NCBI GenBank assembly: GCA_951406725.2
Contig: OX597824.1
Span: 38,006,001-38,070,000 of the forward strand
Origin: Octopus vulgaris
Lineage: Eukaryota
Length of the DNA: 64,000 nucleotides
Direction: 5' to 3'
The translations under genes were made by a program, and so were the position numbers. The notes beneath the pieces are model-generated. The model did not search any database. It was given only the letters and a program-made list of their open reading frames with translations, and was not told the origin of the DNA. Of the stretch, positions 26,927-40,630 are shown one piece after another. Each line of letters opens with the position of its first letter. Within the stretch, counting starts at the first letter, position 1.

Positions 26927-27118
26927 AGGCAAAGGCATGGCTGTGTGGCAAGAAGCTTGCTTCCCATCCACATGGTTCCAGGTTCAGTCCCATTGTGTGG
27001 CACCTTGGGCAAGTGTCTTCTGCTATAGTCTCAGATCGACTAGAGCCTTGCGAGTGGATTTGGTAGACAGAAACTCAAAGAAGCCTGTCATATATATATA
27101 TGTGTGTGTGTATATATA

Positions 27119-27152
<34 letters not shown>

Positions 27153-27265
27153 GCGTCTGTGTGTTCCCCCACCAGTGCTTGACAATTGGTATTGGTGTGT
27201 TTACATCCCTGTAACTGAATGGTTTGGCAAAAGAGATCGACAGAATAAGTGCCAGGCTTTAAAAA
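26927..27265 (+). mobile_element. SINE family A, 3'-truncated
   Basis: Head and central microsatellite as in 14143. Confidence 0.8.
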
Positions 27266-28029
27266 CAGAAAAAAATATCAGTTCAGCCAGAGATGTATAT
27301 TTGCACTTATCTAGACTCTTAAATGAATGAACATGGTTGTAAAATTCTTATTTAAATGGATATGTTGCCCTATATAATGAAAGGATTCTGTATTAGTGGG
27401 GACAGTGCTATTATAAATGATGTACTTTCTCAGGTACTAATTAGCTAGCAGACATGTAGAAGGGATTTTATATCTACATAGATTGGCAGTTGGGTAGGGG
27501 ACCAATAAGAGTAGGTTTCATTACAGGTCCTATGAAAGTTCTGCTAGGTGGTTTTCTAAGTCTAAGGATTTATTAAGGACAATAGAAGTAAATAAATAAT
27601 AACTATCAAGATCTGTTTGATAAACTTTGTATGTTTTTGTTATGCAAGTTTTCAAAACAGCTAATGGCATCTATTGTACCTCCCACCCCAACTCATCTCC
27701 CTCGACCCCCACTCCCTCTACCAGTATTCACTCATGGCATTTCCCTTCTTTCCATCCCCCACTCTTCTTTTGCACTCTCATGAAATTACCTAACCACTCA
27801 ACTTATCCAATTGTCGGTACCACTTCATATATGTTCTCCCTGTAACTTGAGGGCAAGCCCTAACACATCTCCACCACCATATCTCTCTCCCCTCTCACTT
27901 TTCCAACTAGAGTAGCCATGTATCTCGTCTACCGCAAGACATCTATTTCTGGCCCTCTACTATACTGTAACCTTTCATCACCTGGCACAGAACTATCTTC
28001 CTCGATGCTATTCTCTTCTTAGTTGAGGG

Positions 28030-28250
28030 TGTCTTGTCTTGCAAGTTACTTGGTGACCTCACTAGTGTTGGTGCTATGTAAAAAGCACCCAGTACATTTA
28101 GTAAAGTTTTGATGTTAGGGAGGGGATCAAGGCATAGAAACTATACCATAGCAGACAGTTGAGCTGGACTCAGTCCTCTGGTTCACCGGTTGCTGTTGAA
28201 CCATTCAACCCATGTGAACATGGAAGATAAACATTAAATGAGGATGATAC
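28030..28250 (+). mobile_element. Retroposon family C, old copy
   Basis: gtaaaaagcacccagtaca...ttagggaggggatc...aacccatg...catggaag...ttaaatgaggatga. Confidence 0.65.
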
Positions 28251-28986
28251 ATAAAGTGCAGGATAAAGCAAGGTGTTACTTTTTTTTTATTACAAGATAA
28301 TAATTTAATCATACACTTGTTTCAGTGAGTTATGTGGTAATCATTATGTAAAAAAATTGCATAATAGATTTTCAGAAGAATATTGTAATTCATTTCAATA
28401 TTATATACCAGTATAAGTTGGCTGACAGTGCAAAGATACAACTGTAAGCTTAAGTAATTCATGATGTAATAAAGAACTCTTGTTTTATTCTGCTCTCAGA
28501 TATCCTATAAATTATTCCAATGTACAAATGACCAAGTGAAAACTGGGGGACAAATAATGTCTAGTACTAAATTGAAATTTCGATATACAAAGGTTTATGT
28601 AAGTTCTAAGCACTGGATAATTGTTATCTCAATGAAAATAACATTACTTAATTATGTATAAACATTATTAATGAATTCTGTAGGCTGTTGGAGTATGTGC
28701 AGTCTTTTTTAAAGATAGAGATGACAATTACAAGCTGCAGTTGAATAAGATAAGACTCTGTTGAGTGTTCTTTCATTTTATGTTGGGTGAGATGTTACTG
28801 CAGTCTCCAAATGAAGTGAGATAAGGAGATGGAGTTTTCTCTTTCCCCTAATCATAAAGGAATCAGCAAATTTATCCTATTGGATGTCATATTGCTACCC
28901 TTCAGTATTGAAACCCGTCCTATTGGAGGCCTTAAATTTTGCTTAGCAGTTTTCCAAAATCAGCAACTTTGACATATATGCATATA

Positions 28987-29196
28987 GGAGGTGCTGAAAA
29001 GTTCTTGGCTTTAAGGGTATTGCAAAAGGCCTGGTTGGAGGCCTTACCTTCTGAGTTCTTTTACAGGGCTTAAAAAAAATGAAGGACTGCTGCAATAAGT
29101 GTGTGAATTTGAGAGGGGAATATGTTGAATAAAATCATAATTAACTGATATTTTTGTATTTTCTTTTATCCAAAGCCAGGAACTTTTCAGCAGCCA
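28987..29196. mobile_element. Mariner-derived MITE
   Basis: TIRs gctgaaaagttcttggcttt (28993-29012) and aaagccaggaacttttcagc (29172-29191). The interior resembles a mariner 3' end. Confidence 0.75.
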
Positions 29197-30239
29197 TTTG
29201 TGTGTGTGTGTGTGTGTGTGTGTATGCATGCATGTGTGTATATGTACACATGTATTTGCATATGTATACATATGCACAGATATGTGGCTATATATGTATG
29301 TATGTATGTATGTTTGTACCCACACGCATATACCTACAATGGCCAATGTTACAGAATGTAAATAAATGATAGAAAGGATTCAGTTTTTTTTTCCCTGAGA
29401 TTAAAGAGATAACTTCCTTTAACCCTTTTAGCATTTTAAGCAGGCCATATTCTGCCTGTTTTGTGTTTAAATCAACCAGATCTAGCCTTTCACACCTACC
29501 ATACAATGTCATTCTAGAACTTAATCACATCATTGAAATCATGAAGCTACAGGATTATGCAGGATTAATTTTTTTAAATGTGAATAAATAAACATTACAT
29601 TTGACAGTAATCTGAATGCTGATTGGTAAAGACAGATTTAAATGCAAGTGTTTTTGATATGGGCAATTTCATGTGGTACAGGACTGGCTGATACGTGATC
29701 TGTTGGTGGATTTGTGTCTGATTGAATGTTAAGTGCTAATGTAGGCAAGAATTTCGCTTGAAGACAAAAGTGGCGTGAAATTGAATTTGCGAAGTAAACC
29801 TTCAGTTTCAAAAAAAAAAAAAAAAAGCAACCAAATAATCATTTACTCCACAACATGTATTGAATCTTCCCTCATTTAATTGACTCATTTCACTGTTTCA
29901 AAATCTCATGCACACACTTGCACATACTCGTGAGCATACTTGCACATGTGCATGCACACTTTCTCACCCTCACATACGCTTACTTGCACATTCCATTTCT
30001 TGGTATTTAACTCTGGTTTGAGAAAATGAATAACAAACTACATCTCCTCCTTTCATATTTGACTATATCCATGAAGACTTCAGTGTATAAAAACTTTAAA
30101 ACAAATATATTAAAAAGAGACTTGATAAGAGTAATGAATAACATGTGCCAACTCTATGAAGTAAAGAAGCATGCATAAAGCCTTGTCCATCAAACACAAT
30201 TCTTTGGATACAACCAAAAAGATAGAATCAGTGTTCGTG

Positions 30240-30475
30240 AAGGCGGCGAGCTGGCAGAAACGTTAGCACGCCGGGCGAAATGCTTAGCAGTATTTTGTCT
30301 GCCGCTACGTTCTGAGTTCGAATTCCGCCAAGGTCGACTTTGCCTTTCATCCTTTCAGGGTTGATTAAATAAGTACTAGTTAAGCACTGGGGTCGATATA
30401 ATCGACTTAATCCGTTTGTCTGTCCTTGTTTGTCCCCTCTGTGTTTAGCCCTTCACAGGCAGTAAAAAAATAAAA
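30240..30475 (+). mobile_element. SINE family B, young copy with 14-bp TSD
   Basis: TSD aatcagtgttcgtg at 30226-30239 and 30476-30489; A-box/B-box-like head (gagttcgaattcc). Confidence 0.9.
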
Positions 30476-31088
30476 AATCAGTGTTCGTGGTGGTGATGGT
30501 GGAGGGGAGGGTGCAAAGGAAAGATTAGAAAATTATAAGAAATGATAAAAATGGAACTTAACAATGATATTGAAACAGATCATAGAATAGGTGAGAAAGA
30601 GCAAGATAGTAACAAGTTCTAAGGGGTAATGTCTATTGATGTTATCCCTAAAAGTGAATGAACCCCAAAATCTAGGAACACTCTTAGTGCTGCAAAATTT
30701 AGGATTTCAGGATTTAGGTAAAAACCATTATATCACAAGTGGGCAGAACATAACCCCAGGATCATCTTTACTGTTAATTATTGTATTTTAACATAAACCT
30801 AAAAATCAACTGTGAAACTAGGAATGTGATATCCCAAATAAAAGTGCATGAAGGGCAGGACTCGAGTACAATTTATATTGGTGAAACTGTGTGCAGTCTG
30901 GCTGAGAGACTGGAGGGAACTGGTATATTATTATAGAGATAATTGAAACTTCCATCAATGTTCTATCAACATGACAGTATATCAAACATTATAGAAATAA
31001 AAATTGTATTGACATGCCAACTTGATGCAACATTGTGACAAATAGAAGCCATGTGTATATCTGTAAAATTAATTCCTACTTAATAGGA

Positions 31089-31472
31089 GGGAAGCACTCC
31101 GTCGGTTACGATGATGAGGGTTCCGGTTGATCCGAATCAACGGAACAGCCTGCTCGTGAAATTAACGTGTAAGTGGCTGAGCACTCCACAGACACGTGCA
31201 CCCTTAACGTAGTTCTCGGGGATATTCAGCGTGACACAGTGAGTGACAAGGCCGGCCCTTTGAAATACAGGTACAACAGAAACAGGAAGTAAGAGTGAGA
31301 GAAAGTTGTGGTGAAAGAGTACAGCAGGGATCACCACCATCCCTGCCGGAGCCTCGTGGAGCTTTAGGTGTTTTCGCTCAATAAACACTCACAACGTCCA
31401 GTCTGGGAATCGAAACCGCAATCCTAAGACCGCGAGTCCACTGCCCTAACCACTAGGCCATTGCGCCTCCAC
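31089..31472 (-). mobile_element. tRNA(Arg)-like SINE (octopus OR-type) with 14-bp TSD
   Basis: Minus head ggaggcgcaatggcctagtggttagggcagtggactcgcgg...gtttcgattccc; TSD cctacttaatagga at 31075-31088 and 31473-31486. The family name is from recall. Confidence 0.85.
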
Positions 31473-31499
31473 CCTACTTAATAGGAAACATGAAAGAAA

Positions 31500-32145
31500 T
31501 AGCAACAATCCCATCCTTGCCACCACCAGTCCCCAGCTGGTTCTACCTGAAACGGTGTCAGATTTTCCCATGATGTAACCAGCCCTATGTGCTTTTGTTC
31601 AGGTATCAGAAGATGTAGCACCCATCGAGCAGAAACCTTTGTCATGCCAAGTTCATTGTGTAGAATTTCTCAACTCTCTTACAGGATATGCTAATAACAT
31701 TGGCTATTTGATTTATAGTCAATTGCCTGTCCTCCATCATGTGATGAATGCAATGTTTTCCTTGGTAGTGGCAATTGCAGGTTGTCCAGACCTTGGATCA
31801 TCTTCAAGACTCTCCATTCCTCTCTTAAATTCAGTTGCCCACTTTTGCTCTGTTGATAAATCTGAAGTGTCATCCCCTATTTTTATCAGCCATGTTCACA
31901 TGAAAGTCGTCAGGGACTAAACCCCTTTTCTGTAGGTACTTGATAACTCCATGATACCATATGATGCCTGTTTTCAAGAGAAGTCACTATTTGTTACTTC
32001 TGAGGTTTTCTTCAAACAGTCAGACATCAGTTTACTTGGAAAGAAACAATACAGTTATTAGAGTTGAAATGAATGCATGCAAGATTTCACTACTCTAGCA
32101 TCACTCCGTCATTGTCAGTGTATTAACTTTACAGTCCACCTTCAT
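31500..32145 (-). mobile_element. Decayed mariner transposase, 5' half
   Basis: Minus strand gives KWATEFKRGMESLEDDPRSGQP and KVSARWV, matching the mariner DxxRSGRP and KxxARWVP motifs, with frameshifts. Confidence 0.85.
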
Positions 32146-32818
32146 ATGTACAAGTGTGTGCATGTCTGTATGTGAACATATACAGATGTGTTTCTGCATG
32201 CACATGTGTGTGTGTGTGTGTGCCTATATTTGTGTATACATAGCTTAATTTTTTTAGAAGAAATTGTGTGTTAATCTACTGGCATTCATTCTTTGGCCCT
32301 AGCAGAATTAGAACTCAGAGGGATGGAGCTAATTATCTTAACACAGTTATGTGCCCTTAGAACTTAAGTTTATTCATTTCATTAACAACTTAATCATAAA
32401 TTCTGTGAAAAACCTCAAAGTAAATATTAGACTCAAAGTTAAAATCTTACTGACATGTAAATTTTTTCAAATTAAAATGAAACATATTAAGATTTAATAA
32501 AGAACTTAGAGTAAAAAAATTGTTTCAGGCATGGTGTTACATTCTGAACAGAACACACAGTTTGTTATCGTAGTTTACCTGACAAAACAAGTTCAATTTT
32601 ACCTTACTATTAGGTTCTATTTAAACAGAATATCCAACTATTCAACCAGGAATAAATTCTTTTGACAAAACTAATTTGCTCATGCTTGCACATAACAAGC
32701 ATAAAAGATGAGAAAAATAAGCAAACCAATTTTCATTTAGCTTATAAACACTGATTTTGGCATATAAATGATTTAATATTATATATTCCTTGTTTTATAT
32801 ATTTATATAGTGCATTTC

Positions 32819-32825
32819 TATTATG

Positions 32826-32881
<56 letters not shown>

Positions 32882-32890
32882 CATTATATA
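32819..32890. repeat. (TAT)n microsatellite
   Basis: Read directly from the sequence. Confidence 0.95.
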
Positions 32891-35514
32891 TTAAATTTTG
32901 GAATCTGTAAAAGTGAACCATATTTCAAGTTAAAATTCCTGCTTTATTTTTATTTCTTATATTTGACTCCAAACTGTATAAAGTCAACCAGAGGCCCCAG
33001 AAGGCACCCCATTTACTGTTTAGCATTTTTTTTTCTCTTAAATTTGCTTTAGGTATATATATAGCAAGACCTTCCAGCCTGTTAAGATCTTTGGATGACA
33101 TTACAGGTAACTTTAACTGATAAACAGTAGCCTGTGGCTTTATTGTGATGTGAAGCTACTTCACCTTCCAATGCTTCTTTGCTCCTGTTGTTAAGCTTCA
33201 CCTTGTCGCTTTTCTGTTGATGTCTGTTGCTCAGACTTATTTGTTTGGTTGCTTTAATTCCTGAGTTTTTTTTTTTTTGAGAATAAAACATGAATATCAT
33301 CAAGGTTGGGGTTTACTCTTTAAGGTGTTAAGTAAGTAATAGTTTAACCTTCCTTTGCATAGAATTCTGGTGTGTTGCAGGTAACATCACTGCTGAACAG
33401 TCTGGGCCCCTAATTCCAACAGATCTATGAAATATACTGCCTAAATACAATACAAAATATCTGCTGAGCCAATAAAGAAGCTCTCTATTTGGCTACTATT
33501 TCTAATTGATTGAGCAGCTCCTATTTTTCATAGGTATTGCCCATCCTAGTAGAAGTAGCAGCCAAATCTCCCTCAAACCACACACTGCCAACATACAAAA
33601 AAGAAACCATTGTGACACTCTTATCTGCTTGAAAGACAGGACAGTTATGGGTGGATGACTTTCATTATAGGTTCTACTTAAATGGGGCCGACCTTGGGCT
33701 AAACAATCATGGAACCAAAAAATAAGCTATATGGATGCTAGAAATAACAACCAAATCTACATCAGATCACCTTCTGTGACCCTTTATAACAGTTCGATAC
33801 ATTTGCTTAAGTGGTCTTTTTATTGATTGAGAAAAGACAATGATTGAGGGTGGGTGACAGCTGGGCCATCTTTCAGTATAAGTCAGAGTGACTAGAGCTG
33901 GCTCTTTGCTATATAAAAGTAAGTCTGCAGTGAATCTGGTCCCAATATTTGTGAGTTTGTTATTGTAATGTCTTACTCCTTCAATTATTTCATCTGTAAT
34001 TATGTTGTTGTACTTATCTGGCAAGTAATTTGATCAGAGACTGTATGCTGAGACTAAAACAACTGCATCCTTGTATGGCCATTCTAACCATTAAATACCT
34101 CACAAGGTTGTTCAACTTGAATTGAATTTATTTCATGAAGCCTCAACATTTTTGTTGCACGACTGCAACTGGGTCACTGACAGCAGTTACACTGGGACTT
34201 TATCATTGACCAGGTTGCTGTTCCGCATGAAATTTAAATTTAAAGCTGTTCATATTATATTGCTCTTCAACAATGTAGTTGCTTTGTTATGTTTAACTGA
34301 TCTTTTGTACAATTTAAAATGAAAGGGTTAAGTTATTTAATTGGGAACTCCGGATATCTTTTCTTTAAATTTGTCTGGTATTTTCTTGTATATTTGAACA
34401 ATATTCTTACTTTTGCATACCTAAATACACTCAGTTATCAGCAATAAGTATAGGAATTTTAACTGTGGTAGCATTCTACCCGAAAAGAGATTCATCACTC
34501 ACTCACTTTAAGCTGAGTAACCAAGGAAAATTAAATTCAAGTTCTTAGTTGATTTGAACTTTGGAGATGTTATTATGAACATGGCATATTACTGAGAATT
34601 TCTGATAAATTGTATTGTCATTTATATTTTGATATGATATTGGTTTCAATTATTACTTACCAGTTAATTTCTCACTCCCAGAATTTAACTGTGATATTGC
34701 TCATAATTGAAAACAGCTCAAGCATTGTATGACTGTTTCATTGACTTGTGCCAAGTTCAAATTCTACCTTTGATAAAACTTTGAGCAGTGATATTCTACA
34801 AATCATGACAACTAATTACTCGTTAATGGATGTGTCTAATCAGGAAAAGTGAAGCAACTGAATTTTGTAAAATAATATTATAATGTGGTGATTGGTGTTA
34901 GGAAGGGCACCCAGTTGTAAAAACCATGTCAAAACGGACTTTTACCTGGTGCAGACTTTTACCTGCCCAGCTCCTGTCAAACTATTCAACCCGTGCCAGT
35001 ATTGAAGACATTAAATTATGATTGATTAATAATATTCATATGGCCTAAACACTTAGACACAGGCATAGTTGCCTTACAAGATCTCTGATTCAGTTCCATT
35101 GCACAGTAATTCAGGCTTCAGCAATACCTTCGGAGCAGAATTTGGCAGAGAGGAGCTATACAGAAGCCCAACTTATGTCAGACAAACATATGTCTGTGTG
35201 CTTGTTCATCTGTTTGACCATTTCTTTACATCAACCTAAAAGCCAATGTTGTTTATTGTTCCTTAACTCTTATGGCTTTGGAGTTTGACTGAGATAAAGT
35301 GCCAAATGGAATTAAGTACTTGGAGTAATATGATCAATTAAGTGCTTGAAAGCAGTGCCCCAGTATGACTACAGTCCATTGACTTGAAATCATTAAAGAA
35401 TTTCTCTCATATGGAGACAACAAACAGGATTAGAACCATGTTTAATTGCTCATCATTCAATTTTTGTATTATGTTAGTATTATTCCACATAAATGTTCTG
35501 ACCAGCAAATTATG

Positions 35515-35765
35515 TCATTGCCATCACCATTGCCACAACTTCCACCACCATTGCCACTACTACCACCACCATTGCCACTACTACCACCACCTTCACCATT
35601 GCCATGACTACCACCTTCACAATTGCCACTATTACCACCTTCACCATTGCCACTATTACCACCTTCACCATTGCCACTATTACCACCTTCACCATTGCCA
35701 CTACTATCACCTCCATCATTGTCATTGCCACTACTACCACCACCATTGCTGCCACACACCACCAT
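35515..35765. repeat. CAC/CAT-rich 24-bp minisatellite
   Basis: Unit ccattgccactattaccaccttca repeated with variants. Confidence 0.9.
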
Positions 35766-36009
35766 TTCATACTTTCATGAGTCAGATGGAATTTGTTGAG
35801 GTATGTCCTTCCTGTTGTTACCCTTACTGATTCCCAAGCAAGATAATAATTTCCCATGGCTGAACATGGATTTCATGAAATATTGGCAATAAACAGTGCT
35901 GCTTTTTTGATGGTGACACACATTTACAACTATTGCACAATATCAAAACAAGACAAAAAGACCCAAACAACACACATACCTATGCATGCATGCACACACA
36001 CACGTGACA

Positions 36010-36165
36010 GGGTTCTTCCAGTTTCTATCAAATCTCTTAAAAAGGCTTTGGTTAGCCAAAGGCTATATTAGAACACACCTGCCGAAAGTGTCTCACTGTG
36101 GACTGAACCTGAAACCATATAGTTAAGAAGTAAACTTTTTTTAATCACACTGCCATGCCTAAGCC
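36010..36165 (-). mobile_element. SINE family A, 5' half, diverged
   Basis: ccagtttctatcaaatc...aaggctttggtt...gactgaacc...cacactgccatgcct is the reverse complement of the family A head. Confidence 0.7.
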
Positions 36166-36310
36166 TATCTATGCCTGAGCCTGTCTATGCCGAGCCTGTC
36201 TATGCCCGAGCCTGTCTATGCCCGAGCCTGTCCATGCCCAAGCCTGTCCATGCCCGAGCCTGTCCATGCCCGAGCCTGTCCATGCCCGAGCCTGTCCATG
36301 CCTGAGCCTA
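36153..36310. repeat. 16-bp minisatellite, about 10 units
   Basis: Unit cccgagcctgtc(c/t)atg. Confidence 0.9.
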
Positions 36311-39300
36311 TATTATAAAGTATATCTTGAAAGAAATTTAAGTACATATATTTTGTTATGAGGAAGCCTCATTCAGCTTTGAGCAAATGCTTATTACAAA
36401 AACTACTTTGATTCCCATTTTAAAGTTGGTACGGGATTCTTTAAAGTAGATCCCACCCACCGCTATAATATTAAATCAGCTGAGTCACTCAATAAAAGAT
36501 CCTTTGCTTGCTTGTTATACTTATTTAATTTTCAATGCTGTATCAATTCAGGAATTTGTTTAAAAATCACCTGTACTATTGTCTCATGGCCAGTATTAAC
36601 CTCTTTTGTTTAAGAAATTTTTTTTTTTTTCCATTTAAATCAAATTTATTTGGTAACCAGGTAACTGTATTGCAAATTGGTTATTCATTGAACTACCGAC
36701 TTGAGGACCTTCAGTTCTGATATTTTAATTAAAAGCTTCTAATTGATTGCTACATTTTGGGTTTGACAATTTTTCCTAACTCTAACCTTCAGCTTTTCAC
36801 TGAGCTATTTTCTTTCCTCTTTCATCAATATAATGGACTGCTTATTCAATCTTTCTTGTTTTATTGTAGCCAGCCCCATCTAAATATAATTACTAGACCT
36901 GTTTGTCTATCAACTTGGACACCTAATGTATTTTTTTATCCTGAAACTTTGCACTAAATATGCACTCCCTTTATTTCTAAAACTGCATTGCAATTCTTTT
37001 CCTTGCTGAACTGAAGTCCTTCAAAATAATCTTTTCAAAAGGGGGAAAAAAAAAAAAATCCTGTACTCCTTCACTCTTTGAATCAGTTCACATGCTATTA
37101 AATACTATTTCCAGGCCACCCAGTTCTAAAATTCAAATATCAGACAGTTTGCAAAGTTATAATTCCGTCTAGATTTATCTCCCTTGACCTGACATGTATT
37201 CCACTTCACAAAGGCAAACTTTTATTCTGTGCCTTACATAACAGTAATAGTGATTGAGAGACGGTTTTAAATTCTATGCTGTTCACAAATAGCATTACCA
37301 TACTTCCTGCTCACATTGATATTTGAAGATAATGAATAATGAGGACAGGGTGAAAATTTACAATGGTGATTGTTAAATTTGGTGATTGGTTAAAATATAA
37401 TTAAATAAAGGAAAGTCTAAAAGGAAGTATTAAGACTTGGTTTGAATGATTTGGAAATAATTATTACAAGCTGTATACAATAATGAGATTACACCAGTTA
37501 TTGGTACAAAGAAGGTATAGTTTTTAGTAATTTAATGACTGAGTTGTTTCATATTTTACACTGCTGAAGTATAGTAAGTTGCCGTGTAGTACTATATTAG
37601 TTTTAGTCTAGCAAACAAATGATCAAAGACATTCAAGCTGTGAGTCTCTCATTTCTTTTAGGAGTACACTATGTGATTCAGTTAAATGATTTGTGCCAAG
37701 ATGGAAACGAAGGGCACAATCAAGAAATGGAAGCACATTGTGACCAGTGGTATATAACATCTGATAGTCGGGTCATTATATACTGGTACCAGTGACTATG
37801 CAATGTGTTGTCCCACTTTTAAGATAGTGTGGTGTGATTTGAAGATGTGGCTGCTATTTCTAGCTGGCTGAGTGACTGTGCAGAGATTTTGTGATAAGAC
37901 TTGTTTAATAAGGTTGTTGATTTATTGGTTTTTATTTTAATACATTGATAGGTGTGTTATTTAACAAAGACCATAAATGGGATTGCTCTTTATGAGATAA
38001 ACTAATAGAAAATATGTTTGAAAGAGTGTTGGATCCTTCAGTGATTATCTCAAATGTTAAAACTGTCAGAGAGGGGCACTTTCTTGGCTATTCAGACAAA
38101 TCACTGCTAAAATGTCAGTGGTGACATCACAGGTGACTTTAAAATATTATGTGATTAAGATAATGTAAGAGTTTTTAAAAAGCTACTGTAGAAAAAAGAA
38201 TTTGATATTAGAAATTTTTTTTTCACTTTGTAACAGGAGATAGCATAAAAGGAACCAATCCTCTTTTTTTGTTTGTGGTGACAAAAGAAGAAAGAAAAAA
38301 CTACTTGGCTTTATTTTACATTTGTTAGCCCCTTGGATGCATTTTATTGTGGCTCTCAACCTGTGGTCTGGATTGTTGATGTATTCTAATGTTTTTGTAC
38401 ACTGATCATATAATTCTGCAGTTATATTATGGGTTCATTCAATGTTCATTTGACCAAATTTAACAGGTGACAGAAGACCTTTGTCTAGATCCAAAGTCTT
38501 CATTATAGTTTTGTATATGGTAGAATATAATATGTTAAGTGTTGGATTAGGCTATCTACATTCCATCTCTGTTGTGTGAGTGTACAGCAGCACATTCATT
38601 GATGTCATGCGCATCAAAAGGTTGCTTCTCATTTTCTTTTACAAATAGTTTTGGCCATGGTACATTTGTCATATTTCAAAATTTGACCTAGCCCCCCACC
38701 CCCAGGTCACAAAAAAATAAATAAATAAAAAATAACAGATATTTCCATTTCAGTTGGTTGCTATTTATGAAAAGTTAGCAAAATATCTGGAGTAGTCAGT
38801 GGTGATAACTTAAATGCTTTTATAAAATGTTTTTTATATTAGGCTATATCTTACTATAAAAATTGCTATAACTTCTCAAGAAAAGATTGAAAAAACAGGG
38901 AAATCTGGAAAATAGAAGGCTTGCTCAAGTTTTAAGCAAGGATGTCTTTCATATCTCCTAGAAACTGTATTACTACCTGCTCCTGAAAAACAGTAGGTAA
39001 TGATAGCGGATGTTTTTCAGGTATTAAAGTGTTGGTATTATCTGTATCATTTACATGTTAGTATTCTCAAAATACTAACTTCCTTCAGGTTTCACAATAT
39101 GGTGATCAGAAAGTGGCATTTTATAAAACCTAGAGCCAAAAACCTGAAGAAGTTTGGTCCTAACATGATTAAAGTTGTTAATGATATTTCTTGGAGTTTA
39201 AAAAAAAAAAAAAATTCAGTAATTTCAAGAAATTAATTTACACTGGCCCAAATATGTAAACATTCCTGAAAGTTGGTGTAGAAACAACTATGCTTTTGCA

Positions 39301-40314
39301 TTTGTTGAATGGGTGAGTTGAGGAAACCTGAATTAATGAAAGTACTGCTATTATACCCACTACTCTTTTGTTAATTATATTAATTATTAATTATTAATCT
39401 ATTGTTGGTTACATTAATTAATTATTAATTCTATGTTAATTACACACTGCTAAGTGAAATCTTTTATAAGCGTTTGCTGGTATTCTAAAGTTGGCTGTTA
39501 GTGACAGTATAACAATTATCTCCTGATTGTTTTGATAACCCTGTGTCCCCTGTCATGTGACGTATCCACTTCCAAATATAGACAGATGTTTACGATATTT
39601 CAAACATAGCAGGGAACTCTGAACATGTGACATCTAGGGACATTGTCACCTGATTTAACCAAACTGCCTTTCTCACTGTAATTAGCCATTCTTTTTAAGC
39701 AAGCAATTACATGGATCCCTGAGCCCCACTTTTCTCTATAAATGGAAGTGTTTGTGCCAACTTAACCAGTTGAGAGTTACCCCTAACCTGCTACTGACTA
39801 GTCAGTCTGTTTAAATAAGAATTGGTGGTGGGGTTTGTATGCTACTTTATCTTGGTGTATAAGAATGGCTGAGCTGCATTGTCACATAGGCCTGCTTAGA
39901 AACTTGTTATTATGTTATTTCACCCCACGTAGTAAAGTGTTGCACAACCTTGCTGTAAAATGTGTATGTTGTATTATCTTTAAACACTCAGACTACTGTT
40001 GACAGAAACTTAGTCTTCACCAATTATTATTTACTTAATTGAATTAATATATTTTGTTGAAAAGATTTGTCCTTATTGTTCTGTAACCTTGTCTCATTTC
40101 ATTTATTGTCTCATGTTATTTCTGTAGATTACAATGTTGCAACACATACACTGTTTATTGAGTCAGCTACATGTTGTTGGTTGTCACTTTTTCTCTCCTT
40201 GATTCCCAAACAAAAGGTTTTTACCTTATACAGCCCCTTGTTAAGTGCTCACTTTAGTTTTCAGCAGCATTAGCATGGTGAGGGCAAAAAGAAATTTTTA
40301 TACTTACAACATAT

Positions 40315-40630
40315 AGGCATAGGTGTGGCTGTGTGATAAAAAGTTTGCTTCTCAACCATGTGGTTTTGGGTTCAGTCCCTCTGTGTGGCACCTTAGGTAA
40401 ATGCCCTCTACTATGGCTTTGGACTAACCAAAGCCTTGTGAGTGGACTTGGTTGATAGAAATTTAAAGAAGTCTGTCGTATGTGTGCATATGTGTGTCAC
40501 CCACCACCACCACTTGACAACTGATTGAACAACTTAAGAAAAACAAAACGTGGGCAATACATTTGACTGAAGTTCTTCAAGATGGTGTTCCAACAGGCTG
40601 CAGTTTAATGGCTAAAACAAGTAAAAAGAA
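40315..40630 (+). mobile_element. SINE family A, diverged copy
   Basis: Head ggcataggtgtggctgtgtg, tail gctaaaacaagtaaaaaga. Confidence 0.8.

Noticed and set aside
31400-31472. tRNA gene (also 51205, 62626, 63008)
   Set aside because: The A/B boxes continue into SINE bodies, one with a TSD, and no clean acceptor stem is visible. These are SINE heads.
35384-35857. His/Cys/Tyr-rich, Gly-rich and Val-rich ORFs
   Set aside because: They are translations of a 24-bp minisatellite, open in several frames on both strands, with no splice or homology support.
36153-36310. CRISPR-like regular repeat
   Set aside because: Head-to-tail units without unique spacers, eukaryotic context, no cas genes. The same applies to the family C units at 12215-12510.
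39370-39445. AT-rich quasi-palindrome (ttaattattaattattaat)
   Set aside because: Low-complexity sequence; the symmetry is expected from composition.
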